Positions 13,875 to 25,691 of a stretch of DNA of 64,000 nt are shown one piece after another. The notes under the pieces are model-generated. The model did not search any database, had not been told where the DNA came from, and saw only the letters and a list, made by a program, of their open reading frames with translations. A program made the translations under genes and the position numbers. The stretch is from Alphaproteobacteria bacterium. GTDB lineage: Bacteria; Pseudomonadota; Alphaproteobacteria; MPNO01. The DNA is taken from contig OZ219866.1 of the NCBI GenBank assembly GCA_964291675.2, forward strand, positions 480,001 through 544,000, in the 5' to 3' direction. Positions within the stretch are counted from its first letter, which is position 1. Every line of letters begins with the position of its first letter.

Positions 13875-16613
13875 TCAACCGGCGGGCGGCGCGAGAAAGG
13901 CTCGCGTGGCGTCGACCGCCTCGGCGAGGCCGACGCGTTCGACGGCGACCTCGTCCGGGAAGGCGCCGCTCAGCCGCGACGGCATCCTCGGGTCGAGCAG
14001 GACGAACACGCCGCGGTCGTCGGCCTGGCGCACCAGCCGGCCGAAGGCCTGCTTGAGACGGAGCCGGGCCAGCATGTCGTCGTAGCGGATGTCAGGGAAC
14101 GCCTTGCGGCGTTCGCGATGGAGGATGGTGGGCCGCGGCCAGGGCAGGCGATCGAACACGATCAGCCGCAGCGAACGGCCCGGCACGTCCACGCCGTCCC
14201 GCATCGCGTCGGTGCCCAGCATGCAGGAATCGGTCTCGGCCCGGAATATGTCGACCAGGCTGGTGGTATCGAGACTGTCGACATGCTGGGCGAGCAAAGC
14301 AAGGCCGGCCTTCTCCATGTCGGCGGCGATGCGCTCGTAGACCGCGCGCAGCCGGGCGATCGCGGTGAACAGGCCGAGCGCACCGCCGGCCGAGGCCTGC
14401 ATCAGCGCGCGGTAGGCGGCGGCGACCCGGTCGAGGTCGTTCCTGCGGACATCGGTTACGACGAACACCCGCGCGAGCCGGGCATAGTCGAACGGCGAGG
14501 GTACGTCGACGCGGACGGCCGGCGCCGCCAGGTGGCGCGCGCCGGTCCGCATCTCGGCAACCCCCCAGTCCGCCTCGACGTCCCCGGTCGCGTCGCGCAG
14601 CGTGGCCGACGTCACGACGATGCCGTGGCTCGGCGCCGCGACCAGCCGGGCGAAGGGCAGCAACGGGTCGAGCCAATGGCGATGCATGGCAACATCGACA
14701 TCGCGCCCCTGGAGGCGGCTTACCGAGAACCAGTCGACGAAGGTCTCGGGCGGGCCGTCGTGCAGCGCGCGCAGCATGGCGCGCCAGGCTTCGAGTTGGC
14801 CCTCGATCCTGATCCCGAGGCCGCGCGCGGCGGCGTCGAGGCGGTTGCGGGTCGGCGTGTCGAGCTCGTCGGCCCGTTCGTCGAGCAGGGCTTCCAGGCG
14901 CTGCGACACCCTCTGCGCCGGCGCGATCAGCCGGTCGAGCGCCGCCGCCAGACGGTCCGCCGCCTCGATCAGCCCGGGGACCGGCGGCCCGGTCTCGGCC
15001 TCCAGATCGTAGGGGATGCCGGTATCCCGGGCGCGGGCGTAGACCTGTCGGCGAATTGCGGCGAGGAAGGCCTCGGCGGTCCCGCTCGGCGCATCCCGCG
15101 CAAGCCGCGCGTTCCAGCCGGACGCGGGCAGGACCCGTGCCGCTTCGAGGGTCGCCTGGAGGGCCTCGCCCAGGGCGTCGTCAAGCATCGCCGCGTCCTC
15201 GATGCGCCGCGCGAGGCCTCGCGCGCGCTCCTGGCGCCGGTCCTCCGCACCGCGCAGCCAGCGCCTGAGATCCGCCCCCTCCTGCCCGCTGAGGCGCGCG
15301 GCGAACGCGCCGTCGGCGGCATCGAACACATGGTGCCCCTCGTCGAAGATCACGCGGGTCGGCGCGAGGCGCTCCGCCGCTCCGCCGGCGGCCGCCAGCG
15401 TCATCACCAGGGCATGGTTGGCGATGACGATTTCGGCCCGCCTGGCGCGCCGGGCGGTGCGTTCGATGAAACATTTGTGGTAGTGGGCGCAGGCGGAGTA
15501 GATGCACTCTCCCCGCCGGTGCGCGAGGTCGAGCGTGCCGCGGCGTCCCAGCAGGTCGGCGAGCCAGGCCGGGAAGTCCCCGCCCGCCATGTCGCCGTCC
15601 CGGGTCGCCGCGGTCCAGCGCGCGACGAGGCCGAGGGCGACCGCGCTGTCGGAGCCGGCGCCGCCGACGCGCCCGAGCGCCTCCTCCAGGTTCAGCAGGC
15701 ACAGATAGTTGTCGCGTCCCTTGCGGACCACCACCCGGCGGTGCTTGACATCGGGGTCGGGGTGGAGGCGGTCGAGCTCGCCGTCGATCTGGCGCTGCAG
15801 GTTGCGGGTGAAGGTGCTGATCCACACCGGCCCGCCGTTCTTCTCCGCCCACAGGCTCGCCGGCGCGATATAGCCGAGCGTCTTGCCGACGCCGGTGCCG
15901 GCCTCGGCGATCACCGCGTTGGGGCAATCCTCGCGGTCGCGCGGCGCGAAGGCCCCGGTCAGCGCGGAGGTGTAGTCGGCCTGCCCCGACCGGTCCTCCG
16001 CGCCGGGTCCGAGCAGACCGGCGAGCCGGCGCCTCGCCTCGGCCGGTTCCACGGCGGCGCCGCCGGGCGGCGGCGGGGGCGCGTGTTCGGAGATCTCGGG
16101 CAGGCGGTTCCAGACGCGGAGCGCCCTTGAGTCCGCCGGGGCGCCATCGGCGCCGCCGAGCCGGTCGAGAACGGCCGGACCCCAGGGCCAGCCGGAAGCC
16201 GCCATGAACGACGCGATGGCAGCGCCGTCCCGGTCGTCCGCCTCATCGAGCTCGTCGAGCAGCGCCCCGGCGGCGCGGGCGAGAGCGAGCGCCTCCTCCC
16301 GCAGCCCCCGGGGGCGCGGCAGGCCGAGCGCGTCGGCGAGCCCGCCCGGGGTCGGCAGGCAGCGGATGGCCGGGCGGACGAAGGCGAACAGCTCGAGCAG
16401 GTCGCAGGCCCTGAACGGCCTTGCGCCGAGTCGCTGCGCGACCGATTTCCGGTGGCACAGGATGGGAACCATTCCCGCGCCCAGCGCGGCGACCGCGTCG
16501 CGATGCGCCAGCGTCCGCGCCTCGCCCGCGGCATCGAGGATCAGGGATTCCCGGATATTGGCGACCAGCACCGGATGGTCGGCGGAATCGCCAAAGAGGT
16601 CGGCCGATGCCAT
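13875..16613 (-). CDS. dinG: DinG/YoaA-family ATP-dependent DNA helicase
   Basis: [17 protein letters not shown], Cys-rich [12 protein letters not shown] (Fe-S region), [27 protein letters not shown]. Confidence 0.9.
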   Translation of the reverse strand: MASADLFGDSADHPVLVANIRESLILDAAGEARTLAHRDAVAALGAGMVPILCHRKSVAQRLGARPFRACDLLELFAFVRPAIRCLPTPGGLADALGLPRPRGLREEALALARAAGALLDELDEADDRDGAAIASFMAASGWPWGPAVLDRLGGADGAPADSRALRVWNRLPEISEHAPPPPPGGAAVEPAEARRRLAGLLGPGAEDRSGQADYTSALTGAFAPRDREDCPNAVIAEAGTGVGKTLGYIAPASLWAEKNGGPVWISTFTRNLQRQIDGELDRLHPDPDVKHRRVVVRKGRDNYLCLLNLEEALGRVGGAGSDSAVALGLVARWTAATRDGDMAGGDFPAWLADLLGRRGTLDLAHRRGECIYSACAHYHKCFIERTARRARRAEIVIANHALVMTLAAAGGAAERLAPTRVIFDEGHHVFDAADGAFAARLSGQEGADLRRWLRGAEDRRQERARGLARRIEDAAMLDDALGEALQATLEAARVLPASGWNARLARDAPSGTAEAFLAAIRRQVYARARDTGIPYDLEAETGPPVPGLIEAADRLAAALDRLIAPAQRVSQRLEALLDERADELDTPTRNRLDAAARGLGIRIEGQLEAWRAMLRALHDGPPETFVDWFSVSRLQGRDVDVAMHRHWLDPLLPFARLVAAPSHGIVVTSATLRDATGDVEADWGVAEMRTGARHLAAPAVRVDVPSPFDYARLARVFVVTDVRRNDLDRVAAAYRALMQASAGGALGLFTAIARLRAVYERIAADMEKAGLALLAQHVDSLDTTSLVDIFRAETDSCMLGTDAMRDGVDVPGRSLRLIVFDRLPWPRPTILHRERRKAFPDIRYDDMLARLRLKQAFGRLVRQADDRGVFVLLDPRMPSRLSGAFPDEVAVERVGLAEAVDATRAFLAPPAG

Positions 16614-16678
16614 ATCCCGACTATACTACAGCGCCGCCGGTCGACGCCGGACGGCGCGATACCCGAGCAGTGCGAGCG

Positions 16679-18259
16679 ATGAGCGGAAAGACACCGGCCG
16701 ACGAGCCCCGATCCTGGCCCTTCGAGGAGGCGCGCAAGGTCCTGAAACGGACCGGCGGCACGGTCCCGGCGACGGGTCACGTCCTGTTCGCGACCGGCTA
16801 CGGCCCGTCGGGGCTGCCCCATATCGGGACGTTCGGGGAGGTCGTCCGCACCCAGATGGTGCGCCGGGCGCTTGCCGAGCTGTCGGACCTGCCGACCCGG
16901 CTGTTCGCCTTTTCCGACGACATGGACGGGCTGCGCAAGGTCCCGGACAACATCCCGAACCCCGACATGGTGGCGCGGCATCTGGGCAAGCCGCTCACCG
17001 CGATCCCGGACCCGTTCGGCACGCATGAGAGCTTCGGCCACCACAACAACGCCCGGCTGCGCAGCTTCCTGGACCGTTTCGGCTTCGACTACGCGTTCAA
17101 GAGCGCGACCGAATGCTACGAGTCGGGCGCTTTCGACGCGACGCTGCTCGCCATCCTCGCCGACTACGAGCGCATCACCAACGTGATCCTGCCGACGCTC
17201 GGGCCGGAACGGCGTGCGACCTACAGCCCGTTCCTGCCGCTCTGCCCCGATACCGGACGGGTGCTGCAGGCGCCGGTCGTCGCCCGCGACGTCGATGCCG
17301 GCACCATCGCCTACCGGGCGGATGACGGGCGCAGCGTCGAGGTCCCGGTGACGGGGGGGCATTGCAAGCTGCAATGGAAGGCGGACTGGGCGATGCGCTG
17401 GGTCGCGCTCGGCGTCGATTACGAGATGTCGGGCAAGGACCTGATCGACTCGGTCCGGCTGTCGGGGCAGATCTGCCGGCTGCTCGGCGCGCGCCCGCCC
17501 GAAGGCTTCACCTACGAGCTGTTTCTCGACGAGGCGGGGGAGAAGATATCGAAGTCGCGCGGCAACGGGCTGTCGGTCGAGGAGTGGCTGACCTACGCGC
17601 CGACCGAGAGCCTGGCGCTGTTCATGTACAACTCGCCGCGCAAGGCGAAGCGGCTCTATTTCGACGTCATCCCGCGCCAGGTCGACGACTATCTCGGCTG
17701 GCTGGAGAAATTCGCCGGCCAGAACGGGGCCGAGAGGCGGGACAACCCGGCATGGCACATCCACGCCGGCGAGCCGCCCGCGCCGGAGGGGCATGTCGGG
17801 TTCGGACTGCTGCTCAACCTCGCCTCGGCCTGCAACGCCGAGGACGCGGCGATGCTGTGGGGCTTCATCACCCGCTACGCGCCCGCGGCCACGCCGGCGA
17901 GCGCGCCGATCCTCGACCGCCTGGTCGGGCATGCGCTCGCCTACTACCGGGACGTCGTCAAGCCGGCCAAGCGCTACCGCAAGGCAACCGACGAAGAGCG
18001 CGCGGCGATCGCCGAGCTCGCCGACGCGCTGGAAGCGCTGCCGCCGGGCGCCGACGCCGAGACCGTCCAGAACGAGGTCTACGCCATTGGCAAGCGGCAC
18101 GACTTCGCGAGCCTGCGCGACTGGTTCCGCGCGCTCTACGAAGTCCTGCTCGGCCAGAGCCAGGGCCCCCGCTTCGGCTCGTTCGTCGCGCTCTACGGGA
18201 TCGCCGAGACGGTCGCCCTGATGCGCCGGGCGCAGGCCGGCGAAACCGTCGCGGGATAG
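16679..18259 (+). CDS. lysS: Lysine--tRNA ligase, class I
   Basis: [13 protein letters not shown] (HIGH), [24 protein letters not shown] (KMSKS), GPRFGSF. Confidence 0.95.
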   Translation: MSGKTPADEPRSWPFEEARKVLKRTGGTVPATGHVLFATGYGPSGLPHIGTFGEVVRTQMVRRALAELSDLPTRLFAFSDDMDGLRKVPDNIPNPDMVARHLGKPLTAIPDPFGTHESFGHHNNARLRSFLDRFGFDYAFKSATECYESGAFDATLLAILADYERITNVILPTLGPERRATYSPFLPLCPDTGRVLQAPVVARDVDAGTIAYRADDGRSVEVPVTGGHCKLQWKADWAMRWVALGVDYEMSGKDLIDSVRLSGQICRLLGARPPEGFTYELFLDEAGEKISKSRGNGLSVEEWLTYAPTESLALFMYNSPRKAKRLYFDVIPRQVDDYLGWLEKFAGQNGAERRDNPAWHIHAGEPPAPEGHVGFGLLLNLASACNAEDAAMLWGFITRYAPAATPASAPILDRLVGHALAYYRDVVKPAKRYRKATDEERAAIAELADALEALPPGADAETVQNEVYAIGKRHDFASLRDWFRALYEVLLGQSQGPRFGSFVALYGIAETVALMRRAQAGETVAG

Positions 18260-18262
18260 TCG

Positions 18263-19123
18263 TCAGGCGGCGCGGCGGCGGCCTTCGCGCCGGGCGAATT
18301 CGAGATAGAGGTCGCGCGCGAGCCGGGCGAGCGGGCCGTCGGTGTAGCTCTGCTCCTCGACCCGGGAGATCGGCAGGACCTTGGAATAGTTGCCGGTGAG
18401 AAACACCTCGTCGGCGGCCAGCACGTCGTCGACGGAGAGCGTCGCCTCTTCGACGCGCACGCCGGCGCCGCGCATCAGCCCGATCACCCGCGCGCGCGTG
18501 ATGCCGGCCAGGAAACAGCCGTTCGCGGCCGGCGTCTTCACCACCCCGTCCTTCGCCATGAACAGGTTGTTGGTCGCGAACTCCGCGACATTGCCGTCGG
18601 GATCGAGCACCATCGCCGTGTCGTAGCCCTTGTCCCGCGCGGCCCTCATGCAGCGGACCACGTTGGGGTAGAGGCAGGACGCCTTGGCGTGGGTCGGCGC
18701 CATCTCCGGCGACGGGCGCCGGAACGGCACCAGGCAGGCGGTCAGCCCGCGCCATTCGGGCAGCGGAGACTCGAAGATCGTGAGCAGGAACCGCGCCGCG
18801 GCGTAGTCCGGCACCACGAACCCGTCGGTGAAGTAGAACATCGGACGGATATAGAGCTCGGCTTGGGCGTCGAAGCGCTCGATCCCGTCCCAGCACAGGG
18901 CCTCGATCGCCGGACCGTCGATCGCGGGCTCGATTCCCACCGACTCGGCCGACCGGATTATGCGCGCGCAGTGCAGGTCGAGATCCGGCGCGAGCCCGGC
19001 GAACGCCCGCGCGCCGTCGAACACGGTGGAGGCCATCCACCAGCTATGGTCCATCGGGCCGAGAATCGGCGGGTTGCCCTGGTGCCAGACGCCTTCGTGA
19101 TAGGTGAGAGACTTCCCGGTCAT
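18263..19123 (-). CDS. ilvE: Branched-chain amino acid aminotransferase-like (PLP class IV)
   Basis: VFDGAR, YIRP, AKASCLYPN, EFATNNLF, LAGITR, ADEVFLTG. Confidence 0.8.
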   Translation of the reverse strand: MTGKSLTYHEGVWHQGNPPILGPMDHSWWMASTVFDGARAFAGLAPDLDLHCARIIRSAESVGIEPAIDGPAIEALCWDGIERFDAQAELYIRPMFYFTDGFVVPDYAAARFLLTIFESPLPEWRGLTACLVPFRRPSPEMAPTHAKASCLYPNVVRCMRAARDKGYDTAMVLDPDGNVAEFATNNLFMAKDGVVKTPAANGCFLAGITRARVIGLMRGAGVRVEEATLSVDDVLAADEVFLTGNYSKVLPISRVEEQSYTDGPLARLARDLYLEFARREGRRRAA

Positions 19124-19572
19124 GCTTTCCCTTGATCGTTACCGCCGGCCGCGGCGAGCTCGTGGATGCGCCGGACCATGGCGTGCAACCCGTTGGCCCG
19201 GCTGCCGCTCAGATGCGAGCCGAGCTCGAGCGCCTCGAAGAACGCCGGCGGGGTGGCGAGAATTTCCTCCGCCGTCCGGCCGGAATAGATCCTGAGCAGG
19301 AGGGCGATCAGCCCGCGCACGATGATCGCGTCGCTGTCGGCCCGGAAGCGGAGCTTCGCGCCGTCGCGGTCGGCGTAGAACCAGACCCGCGACTGGCAGC
19401 CGGGGACCAGCCGGGCGTCGACCTTTTCCGCCTCGCCGAGCCCGTCGAGCCGCTTGCCGAGATCGACGATGTATTCGTAGCGCTGCACCCAGTCGCCGAG
19501 AAAGGCGAACTCCTCGACGACGTTGCGCTTGGCATCGTCGATGCTCTCGATCCGCTCGATGGCGCCAGACAC
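19120..19572 (-). CDS. sufE: SufE family Fe-S metabolism sulfur acceptor
   Basis: RYEYIVDLGKRL, VPGCQSRVW (acceptor Cys), DSDAIIVRGL, SRANGL; GTG start inferred from promoter position. Confidence 0.88.
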   Translation of the reverse strand: MSGAIERIESIDDAKRNVVEEFAFLGDWVQRYEYIVDLGKRLDGLGEAEKVDARLVPGCQSRVWFYADRDGAKLRFRADSDAIIVRGLIALLLRIYSGRTAEEILATPPAFFEALELGSHLSGSRANGLHAMVRRIHELAAAGGNDQGKA

Positions 19573-19690
19573 GTCGTTGGTTCCCGCTCGCGTGGCATCC
19601 GATATAGAGCACGCCCCGGGACCCGGCAATCGTGCCGGGGCGGCGCGCGGAGCGCTTTCCTTTTGCCCGCCGGCATGGCATCCAGAGGGA

Positions 19691-20548
19691 ATGACCCGAC
19701 ACCCCGTCGCATTGACCGGCGTCGAGCCGCTTGCGGACGCCTATGACGGCTTCATCGTCGACGTCTGGGGCGTCCTGCATGACGGGCTCAGGCTCTATCC
19801 CGGCGTGTGCGAAGCCCTCGACCGGCTCGCCGAACGGGGCAAGGCGGTGGTGTTCCTGACCAACGCGCCGAGACGCTCGCGGGACGTGGCGCGCATGCTG
19901 GCGCGGCTGGAGCTGCCCGAACGCCACCGGCGCAACATTATGGCCTCGGGCGAATCGGTGCATGAAGCGCTGGCCGACCGCGCCGATCCGTTTCACGCCG
20001 GGCTCGGACGGCGCTGCCTGGTACTCGGCGAGGCGACCGGGAACGACATCCTGACCGGGCTCGACATCGAGCGGGCCGCGACGTTCGAGGACGCCGAGTT
20101 CATCGTCAATATCGGCCCCTGGCGCGCCGATGCGGCGATGGAGGAGTACGAGCGGGACCTCGCGCGGGCGGCCGGGCTCGGCCTCCCGATGATCTGCGCC
20201 AACCCCGATCTCGCCGTCATGCAGGGCGGCCGCGAGATGCTGTGCGCGGGCGCGCTGGCGGCGCGCTACGAGGCGCTGGGCGGCCGCGTCGCCTATCACG
20301 GCAAGCCCCACCCGGCGATCTACGACACTTGTCTCGCCCGGCTCGGTGGGCCGGCGCGCGACCGGGTGGTGGCGATCGGCGATTCGCTCGGCACCGACAT
20401 CAGGGGCGCGGCCGCGGCGGGGATCGAATCGGCGCTGGTCCTCGCCGGGCTGCACGCGGCGGCGAGCGCATGCGGCGAGACCCTTGCGGCGCTCTACGCC
20501 GAGCACGGGGCGGTGCCGGATTTCACCCTGCCGGGCCTTGTCTGGTAG
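19691..20548 (+). CDS. HAD-IIA hydrolase (TIGR01459-like)
   Basis: DVWGVLHDG, TNAPR, CANPD, GKP, IGDSLGTDI. Confidence 0.88.
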   Translation: MTRHPVALTGVEPLADAYDGFIVDVWGVLHDGLRLYPGVCEALDRLAERGKAVVFLTNAPRRSRDVARMLARLELPERHRRNIMASGESVHEALADRADPFHAGLGRRCLVLGEATGNDILTGLDIERAATFEDAEFIVNIGPWRADAAMEEYERDLARAAGLGLPMICANPDLAVMQGGREMLCAGALAARYEALGGRVAYHGKPHPAIYDTCLARLGGPARDRVVAIGDSLGTDIRGAAAAGIESALVLAGLHAAASACGETLAALYAEHGAVPDFTLPGLVW

Positions 20549-20599
20549 CCCGGCCTCGCCGGACGGCTGACGGCGCCGGGCGGCTGCGGCGGGGATCGC

Positions 20600-21763
20600 G
20601 TGCCGGCACTGCTGCTCACCGTGTTCGTCGACCTGATCGGCTTCGGGATCGTCCTGCCGCTGCAGCCCTTCTACGCCCAGGCCTTCGGCGCGAGCCCGGG
20701 AACCGTGACCCTGGTCGCGGCGAGCTACACCGCCGCCCAGTTCGCCTTCGCCCCGGTCTGGGGCAGGGTGAGCGACCGCATCGGCCGCAAGCCGGTGTTG
20801 CTCGCGACCTCGTTCGGCGCCTGTCTCGCCTATGTCTGGCTGGCGCATACCGACACGCTCGAAGGCCTGTTCCTGGCGCGCGCCTTCGGCGGCATCATGG
20901 CGGGCAATATCGGGGTCGCGCACGCCTATGTCGCGGATGTCGTGCCGGCCGAGCGGCGCGCCGGCGCGATGGGACGGGTGGGCGCGGCGGCCGGTCTCGG
21001 CTTCGTGGTCGGGCCGGCGATCGGCGGCCTGCTCGCCGGCCCGGACCCGCTGCAGGCGGATTTCGCCTCCCCCTTCCTGTTCGCCGCCGGCATCGCGGCG
21101 CTCGCCTTCGTGCTCACCGCGATCCTGCTGCGCGAGAGCGCGGGCAGCGGCCAGCGCGCCGGCGCCCGGGCGAGCGCCTCCGGCCGGGTGTGGCGCCGGG
21201 TTCGCGAGGCCGGTATCGCTCCGCTGCTCCTGCTGGTGTTCGCCTCGCCCTTCGTCTTCGCCGGGATCGAGACGGTGTTCGCGCTGTGGTCCGAGGCGCG
21301 GTTCGGCTGGGGGCCGACGCGCAACGGCTACATGTACACCTATATGGGCGCGGTCGCGGTGCTGGTTCAGGGCGTGGCCGTGGGGCCGATCACGCGCCGC
21401 GCGGGCGAACGCTACACGGTGGCGGCGGGCATGGGCATGACCATGACGGGGTGCCTGGTCCTGCCGGAGGCGGGCGGCACGGCAGGGATCATGCTGGGGC
21501 TCGGCCTGATCGTCGCCGGGATCTCGGTCTGCGGCCCCTCCCTCGCCTCGCTGATCTCACAGCGCGCGCGGTCGTACGAGCGCGGCATGCTCATGGGAAT
21601 CTCGCAATCCTCCGCCGGGCTCGGGCGGATCCTCGGCCCGGCGCTCAGCGGCTCGATCTTCGCCGGTCTCGGACACGACTGGCCGCTCCTGCTCGGCGCC
21701 GCCGTCATGTGCGCGGCGGCGGCGCTGGCGATCGGCCTCGCGCTCGGCAACCGCGCATCTTGA
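20600..21763 (+). CDS. MFS transporter, DHA1/TetA-like efflux family
   Basis: [21 protein letters not shown] (motif A), [10 protein letters not shown] (motif C). Confidence 0.88.
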   Translation: MPALLLTVFVDLIGFGIVLPLQPFYAQAFGASPGTVTLVAASYTAAQFAFAPVWGRVSDRIGRKPVLLATSFGACLAYVWLAHTDTLEGLFLARAFGGIMAGNIGVAHAYVADVVPAERRAGAMGRVGAAAGLGFVVGPAIGGLLAGPDPLQADFASPFLFAAGIAALAFVLTAILLRESAGSGQRAGARASASGRVWRRVREAGIAPLLLLVFASPFVFAGIETVFALWSEARFGWGPTRNGYMYTYMGAVAVLVQGVAVGPITRRAGERYTVAAGMGMTMTGCLVLPEAGGTAGIMLGLGLIVAGISVCGPSLASLISQRARSYERGMLMGISQSSAGLGRILGPALSGSIFAGLGHDWPLLLGAAVMCAAAALAIGLALGNRAS

Positions 21764-21818
21764 CGGCGGCGCGCGGGGACGACTAAAAAGCGCCCCTCAT
21801 CCGAACGGAGTGCGGACG

Positions 21819-22112
21819 ATGGCACGGCGTTGCAGCGTGACGGGTACGGGCGTGCTGACGGGGAACAATGTCAGCCACGCCAACAACAAGACCAGGCGGC
21901 GGTTCCTGCCCAACTTGCAGACGACGTCGCTGCTGTCCGACGCGCTGGGCAGGACGGTGAAGCTGCGGCTGACCGCGCGGACGATCCGCTCGATCGAGCA
22001 CAATGGCGGGCTCGACGCCTATCTCCTTGGCACGCCCGACGGGAAGCTCACCGGGGAAGCCGTCCGCATCAAACGCCAGATCCGCAAGGCGGCTTCGGCG
22101 TCCACAGGCTAG
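21819..22112 (+). CDS. rpmB: 50S ribosomal protein L28
   Basis: [27 protein letters not shown]; upstream TTGACG-N18-TAAAAA (21760-21789) and GGAG RBS. Confidence 0.96.
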   Translation: MARRCSVTGTGVLTGNNVSHANNKTRRRFLPNLQTTSLLSDALGRTVKLRLTARTIRSIEHNGGLDAYLLGTPDGKLTGEAVRIKRQIRKAASASTG

Positions 22113-23983
22113 GCGATCAGGCGCTCGCCGAGGGCGGCGCCGCCGCGCAGATCTTCCTCGAACAGCTCGGTGAGCCGGCCCATCATGGTGCCGCCGAGCT
22201 GCTCGGCATCCATGATCGTCACCGCGCGGTTGTAGTAGCGGGTCACGTCGTGGCCGATTCCGATCGCCGTCAGCTCGACCGGCGATTGACCCTCGATCCA
22301 GGCGATGACGTCGCGCAGATGGCGCTCCAGATAGTTGCCGGGGTTGACCGACAGGGTCGAGTCGTCGACCGGCGCGCCGTCCGAGATCACCATCAGGATG
22401 CGGCGCTGCTCGGACCGGGCGATCAGCCGATGATGCGCCCAGATCAGCGCCTCGCCGTCTATGTTCTCCTTCAGCAGCCCCTCGCGCAGCATCAGGCCGA
22501 GCGACTTGCGGGCCCGGCGCCAGGGCGCGTCGGCGTCCTTGTAGACGATGTGGCGGAGATCGTTCAGCCGGCCCGGGTTGGGCGTCTTGCCCTCGGACAG
22601 CCATTTCTCGCGCGCCTGGCCGCCCTTCCAGGCGCGGGTGGTGAAGCCGAGGATCTCGACCTTCACGCCGCAGCGTTCGAGGGTGCGCGCGAGGATGTCG
22701 GCGCTCATCGCGGCGACCGTGATGGGCCGGCCGCGCATCGACCCCGAATTGTCGATCAGCAGCGAGACCACGGTGTCGCGGAACTCGGTCTGCTTCTCGA
22801 TCTTGTAGCTCAGCGGGTGCATCGGGTTGACGACGACGCGGGACAGCCTGCCGGCGTCGAGCAGCCCCTCCTCCAGGTCGAACTCCCAGGACCGCGATTG
22901 CTGGGCCAGCAGGCGGCGCTGCAGCCGGTTGGCGAGCCGGGCGATGATGCCCTGGAGATGCGCGAGCTGCTGGTCGAGATGCTGGCGCAGCCGGCCGAGC
23001 TCGTCGGCGTCGCACAGCTCCTCGGCCTCGATCACCTCGTCGAATTCGACGGTGTAGGGCCGGTAGGCGGGCTGGCGCGCCTCGTCGGGCAGGAAGCCCT
23101 CGGCGCGGCGGCGCTGGGCGCGCTCGCCCTCCTCGTCCCCGGTCCCCGGCATCATCTCTTCCTGGACCTGTTCGGCCATCGAATCTTCCGAGTCCTCGCC
23201 CTCCCCGTCCTCCATGTCGGACGACGGCGAGCCCTCCATCTCCGCCGCCGCGCCGTCCATCTCGGTGGCCTCGGCGTCGTCGTCCTCGGAGTCCGATTCC
23301 TCGCTGTCCTCGCCCCGGTCGGTGGCTTCGCTGTCGCCCTCCCCGGGCTCCTCGTCCAGCAGGTCGAGGTCGTAGAGCAGCCGGTTCACCGTGCGCGCGA
23401 AGGTTTCCTGGTCGCCGATGGCGGCTTCGAGCGCCGCGAGGTCGGCCTCGATCCTGTCGCCGATCTCCTCGCGCCAGAGATCGATCAGCGGCCGCGCGGC
23501 ATCGGGCAGCCGCCTGCCGGACCACTTTTCCCGCGCCATCATGCCGACGGCCTCGGCCAGCGGCGCATCCTCGATATCGGCGATCCGGGCATAGCCCCGG
23601 GTCTGGCAGCGCCCGGCGAGCGCGGCCTCGAGATTGGCCGCGACCCCCGCCATATGCCTGGCGCCGATGGTCTCGACCCGAACCTGCTCGAGCGATTCGA
23701 ACACCGCGCGCGCGGCCTCCCCGGCCGGGGCGCGGCGGGCATGCAGCTCGGTGTCGTGGTGGCGCAGCTTGAGCGCCATCGCGTCGGCCTCGCCGCGGAG
23801 CTGCGAGACCTCTTCGCCGGGCAGGTCGCGCGACGGCACCGGCAGCCGCGCCTGGTTCTCGACCAGGCGCGGCTCGGCGCCGAAATTGACCGTCACGTCC
23901 TCGCGCCGGGCGATCGCGCGCATCGCCGCGCCGGTGACGCGGCGGAACGCCTCGATCGGGGTATCGGCCGTGGTCGAGCTCAC
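22109..23983 (-). CDS. cobT: CobT-family VWA protein
   Basis: RGEADAMAL, acidic linker, [38 protein letters not shown]. Confidence 0.92.
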   Translation of the reverse strand: MSSTTADTPIEAFRRVTGAAMRAIARREDVTVNFGAEPRLVENQARLPVPSRDLPGEEVSQLRGEADAMALKLRHHDTELHARRAPAGEAARAVFESLEQVRVETIGARHMAGVAANLEAALAGRCQTRGYARIADIEDAPLAEAVGMMAREKWSGRRLPDAARPLIDLWREEIGDRIEADLAALEAAIGDQETFARTVNRLLYDLDLLDEEPGEGDSEATDRGEDSEESDSEDDDAEATEMDGAAAEMEGSPSSDMEDGEGEDSEDSMAEQVQEEMMPGTGDEEGERAQRRRAEGFLPDEARQPAYRPYTVEFDEVIEAEELCDADELGRLRQHLDQQLAHLQGIIARLANRLQRRLLAQQSRSWEFDLEEGLLDAGRLSRVVVNPMHPLSYKIEKQTEFRDTVVSLLIDNSGSMRGRPITVAAMSADILARTLERCGVKVEILGFTTRAWKGGQAREKWLSEGKTPNPGRLNDLRHIVYKDADAPWRRARKSLGLMLREGLLKENIDGEALIWAHHRLIARSEQRRILMVISDGAPVDDSTLSVNPGNYLERHLRDVIAWIEGQSPVELTAIGIGHDVTRYYNRAVTIMDAEQLGGTMMGRLTELFEEDLRGGAALGERLIA

Positions 23984-24002
23984 CGGGCGTTCCGCCGGAC
24001 CG

Positions 24003-25007
24003 TCAGCCGCGCCCCGACTTGGCGGCGGCCTCGGGCAGGTCCTCGCCCATGCAGCGCTGGTAGTACTCGGCGACCGCGGGCCGCTCCAGCTCGTCGCATT
24101 TGTTGAGGAAGGTCATCCGGAAGGCGGTCGCGATGTCGTCGAACAGCCGGCTGTTCTCGGCCCAGGTGATGACGGTGCGGGGCGACATCACGGTGGAGAT
24201 GTCGCCGTTCATGAAGCCGGCCCGCGTCATGTCGGCGACCGAGACCATCGCGCTGATCGTCTTGCGGCCGCCCTCGTCGTCATAGTCCGGCACCTTGGAA
24301 AGAACGATCTCCTCCTCGTCCTCGCGCGGCAGGTAGTTGAGCGTGGCCACCAGGTTCCAGCGGTCGAGCTGGCCCTGGTTGATCTGCTGCGTGCCGTGAT
24401 AGAGGCCGGTGGTGTCGCCGAGCCCGACCGTGTTGGCCGTCGCCATCAGCCGGAACGCCGAGTGCGGCCGGATCACGCGGTTCTGGTCCAGCAGCGTCAT
24501 CTTGCCGTCGACCTCCAGCACGCGCTGGATGACGAACATCACGTCGGGCCTGCCGGCGTCGTACTCGTCGAACACCAGCGCGCAGGGGCTCTGCAGCGCC
24601 CAGGGCAGGATGCCCTCGCGGAACTCGGTCACCTGCTTGCCGTCGCGCAGCACGATCGCATCCTTGCCGATCAGATCGATGCGGCTGATATGGCTGTCGA
24701 GATTGACCCGGATGCAGGGCCAGTTGAGCCGCGCCGTCACCTGTTCGATATGGGTCGACTTGCCGGTTCCGTGGTAGCCCTGGATCAGGAGCCGCCGGTT
24801 GTGCTTGAGGGCGACCAGGATCGCCAGCGTGGTGTCGTGATCGAAGCAATAGGCTTCGTCGAGGTCGGGCACGTGGTCGGACGGCGCGACGCTGAACGCC
24901 GGAACCTGCAAGTCGGTGTCCAGCCCGAAGACCTGGCGTACCGAAACCGTCATGTCGGGCATCACGGGGCCGCTGCCATTGGCCCCGTTGCTGTTCTCAG
25001 CTGACAT
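24003..25007 (-). CDS. cobS: CobS-family AAA+ ATPase (MoxR-like)
   Basis: [43 protein letters not shown]. Confidence 0.93.
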   Translation of the reverse strand: MSAENSNGANGSGPVMPDMTVSVRQVFGLDTDLQVPAFSVAPSDHVPDLDEAYCFDHDTTLAILVALKHNRRLLIQGYHGTGKSTHIEQVTARLNWPCIRVNLDSHISRIDLIGKDAIVLRDGKQVTEFREGILPWALQSPCALVFDEYDAGRPDVMFVIQRVLEVDGKMTLLDQNRVIRPHSAFRLMATANTVGLGDTTGLYHGTQQINQGQLDRWNLVATLNYLPREDEEEIVLSKVPDYDDEGGRKTISAMVSVADMTRAGFMNGDISTVMSPRTVITWAENSRLFDDIATAFRMTFLNKCDELERPAVAEYYQRCMGEDLPEAAAKSGRG

Positions 25008-25044
25008 AGGAAATCGATCCTTGGTGGGTGTAACGTGAAGCGGG

Positions 25045-25602
25045 CTAAAGGGAGCGTGCGGCGCTGAGCGTGCGGTAGGCGTCGTTGACCAGCTTGAGGC
25101 GTTCTTCCGCGCGCTTGTCCCCGCCATTGACGTCGGGGTGCAATTGCTTGACGAGCTCCTTGTAGCGCAGCTTCACCAGATCCGCCGTCACGGGCGGGGA
25201 AAGATTCATCACGTCGAGCGCCCGCTTCTCCGCCGGGTCGGTCAGCGCCAGCCGGTCGCCCGCGTCATGGGCGGTGCGCGGCTCTCCGGAGAACAGGCCG
25301 AACGGATCGCGCGCGTCGAAACGCGCCTCCGCGCCTGCCGCTCCGAACGGCCAGGACGGACGCCGCCAAGTGGTGTCGGCACGGCGGTGGGCCTCGATCT
25401 CGGCCTCGCCCATGCCCGCATAGTAGTCCCAAGCCTTGTTGTACGCGCGAACATGCTCCAGACACAACCAAATATACTCGGACAGCCGCTCGCGCGAGCG
25501 CGGGGCACGGTATTGCGCCGGTTCGTCGCAGCCGGGTGCCGCGCAAATCCGCGGCCCGCATTCGACGCCAAGCTCGACAGAGACATTGCCGTCCGCCTTC
25601 AT
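25045..25602 (-). CDS. J-domain protein with N-terminal Cys/His motif
   Basis: CAAPGC...[13 protein letters not shown]-terminal J-domain [15 protein letters not shown]. Confidence 0.88.
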   Translation of the reverse strand: MKADGNVSVELGVECGPRICAAPGCDEPAQYRAPRSRERLSEYIWLCLEHVRAYNKAWDYYAGMGEAEIEAHRRADTTWRRPSWPFGAAGAEARFDARDPFGLFSGEPRTAHDAGDRLALTDPAEKRALDVMNLSPPVTADLVKLRYKELVKQLHPDVNGGDKRAEERLKLVNDAYRTLSAARSL

Positions 25603-25609
25603 GGCGCGC

Positions 25610-25638
25610 AGTATGCGGCTGGCGCTGAGGGCAGGCAA
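25610..25638 (-). promoter_or_regulatory. sigma70-like promoter, probable leaderless transcript for J-domain-cobS-cobT
   Basis: TTGCCT(25638-33)-N17-CATACT(25615-10), then 7 nt to ATG 25602; no SD visible. Confidence 0.55.
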
Positions 25639-25691
25639 GCGCGGCCAGGGTGGGAAACCGGGCGCCGGAACGGGACGGGAAACCGGCGGTC

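Noticed and set aside
16679-18259. Class I LysRS as an unusual archaeal-type transfer
   Set aside because: Class I LysRS is well known in many alphaproteobacteria.
20600-21763. TetA-like MFS as a resistance determinant
   Set aside because: No tetR or mobile context; looks like an ordinary chromosomal DHA1 transporter.
23100-23360. Low-complexity acidic repeat
   Set aside because: Normal Asp/Glu linker of CobT.
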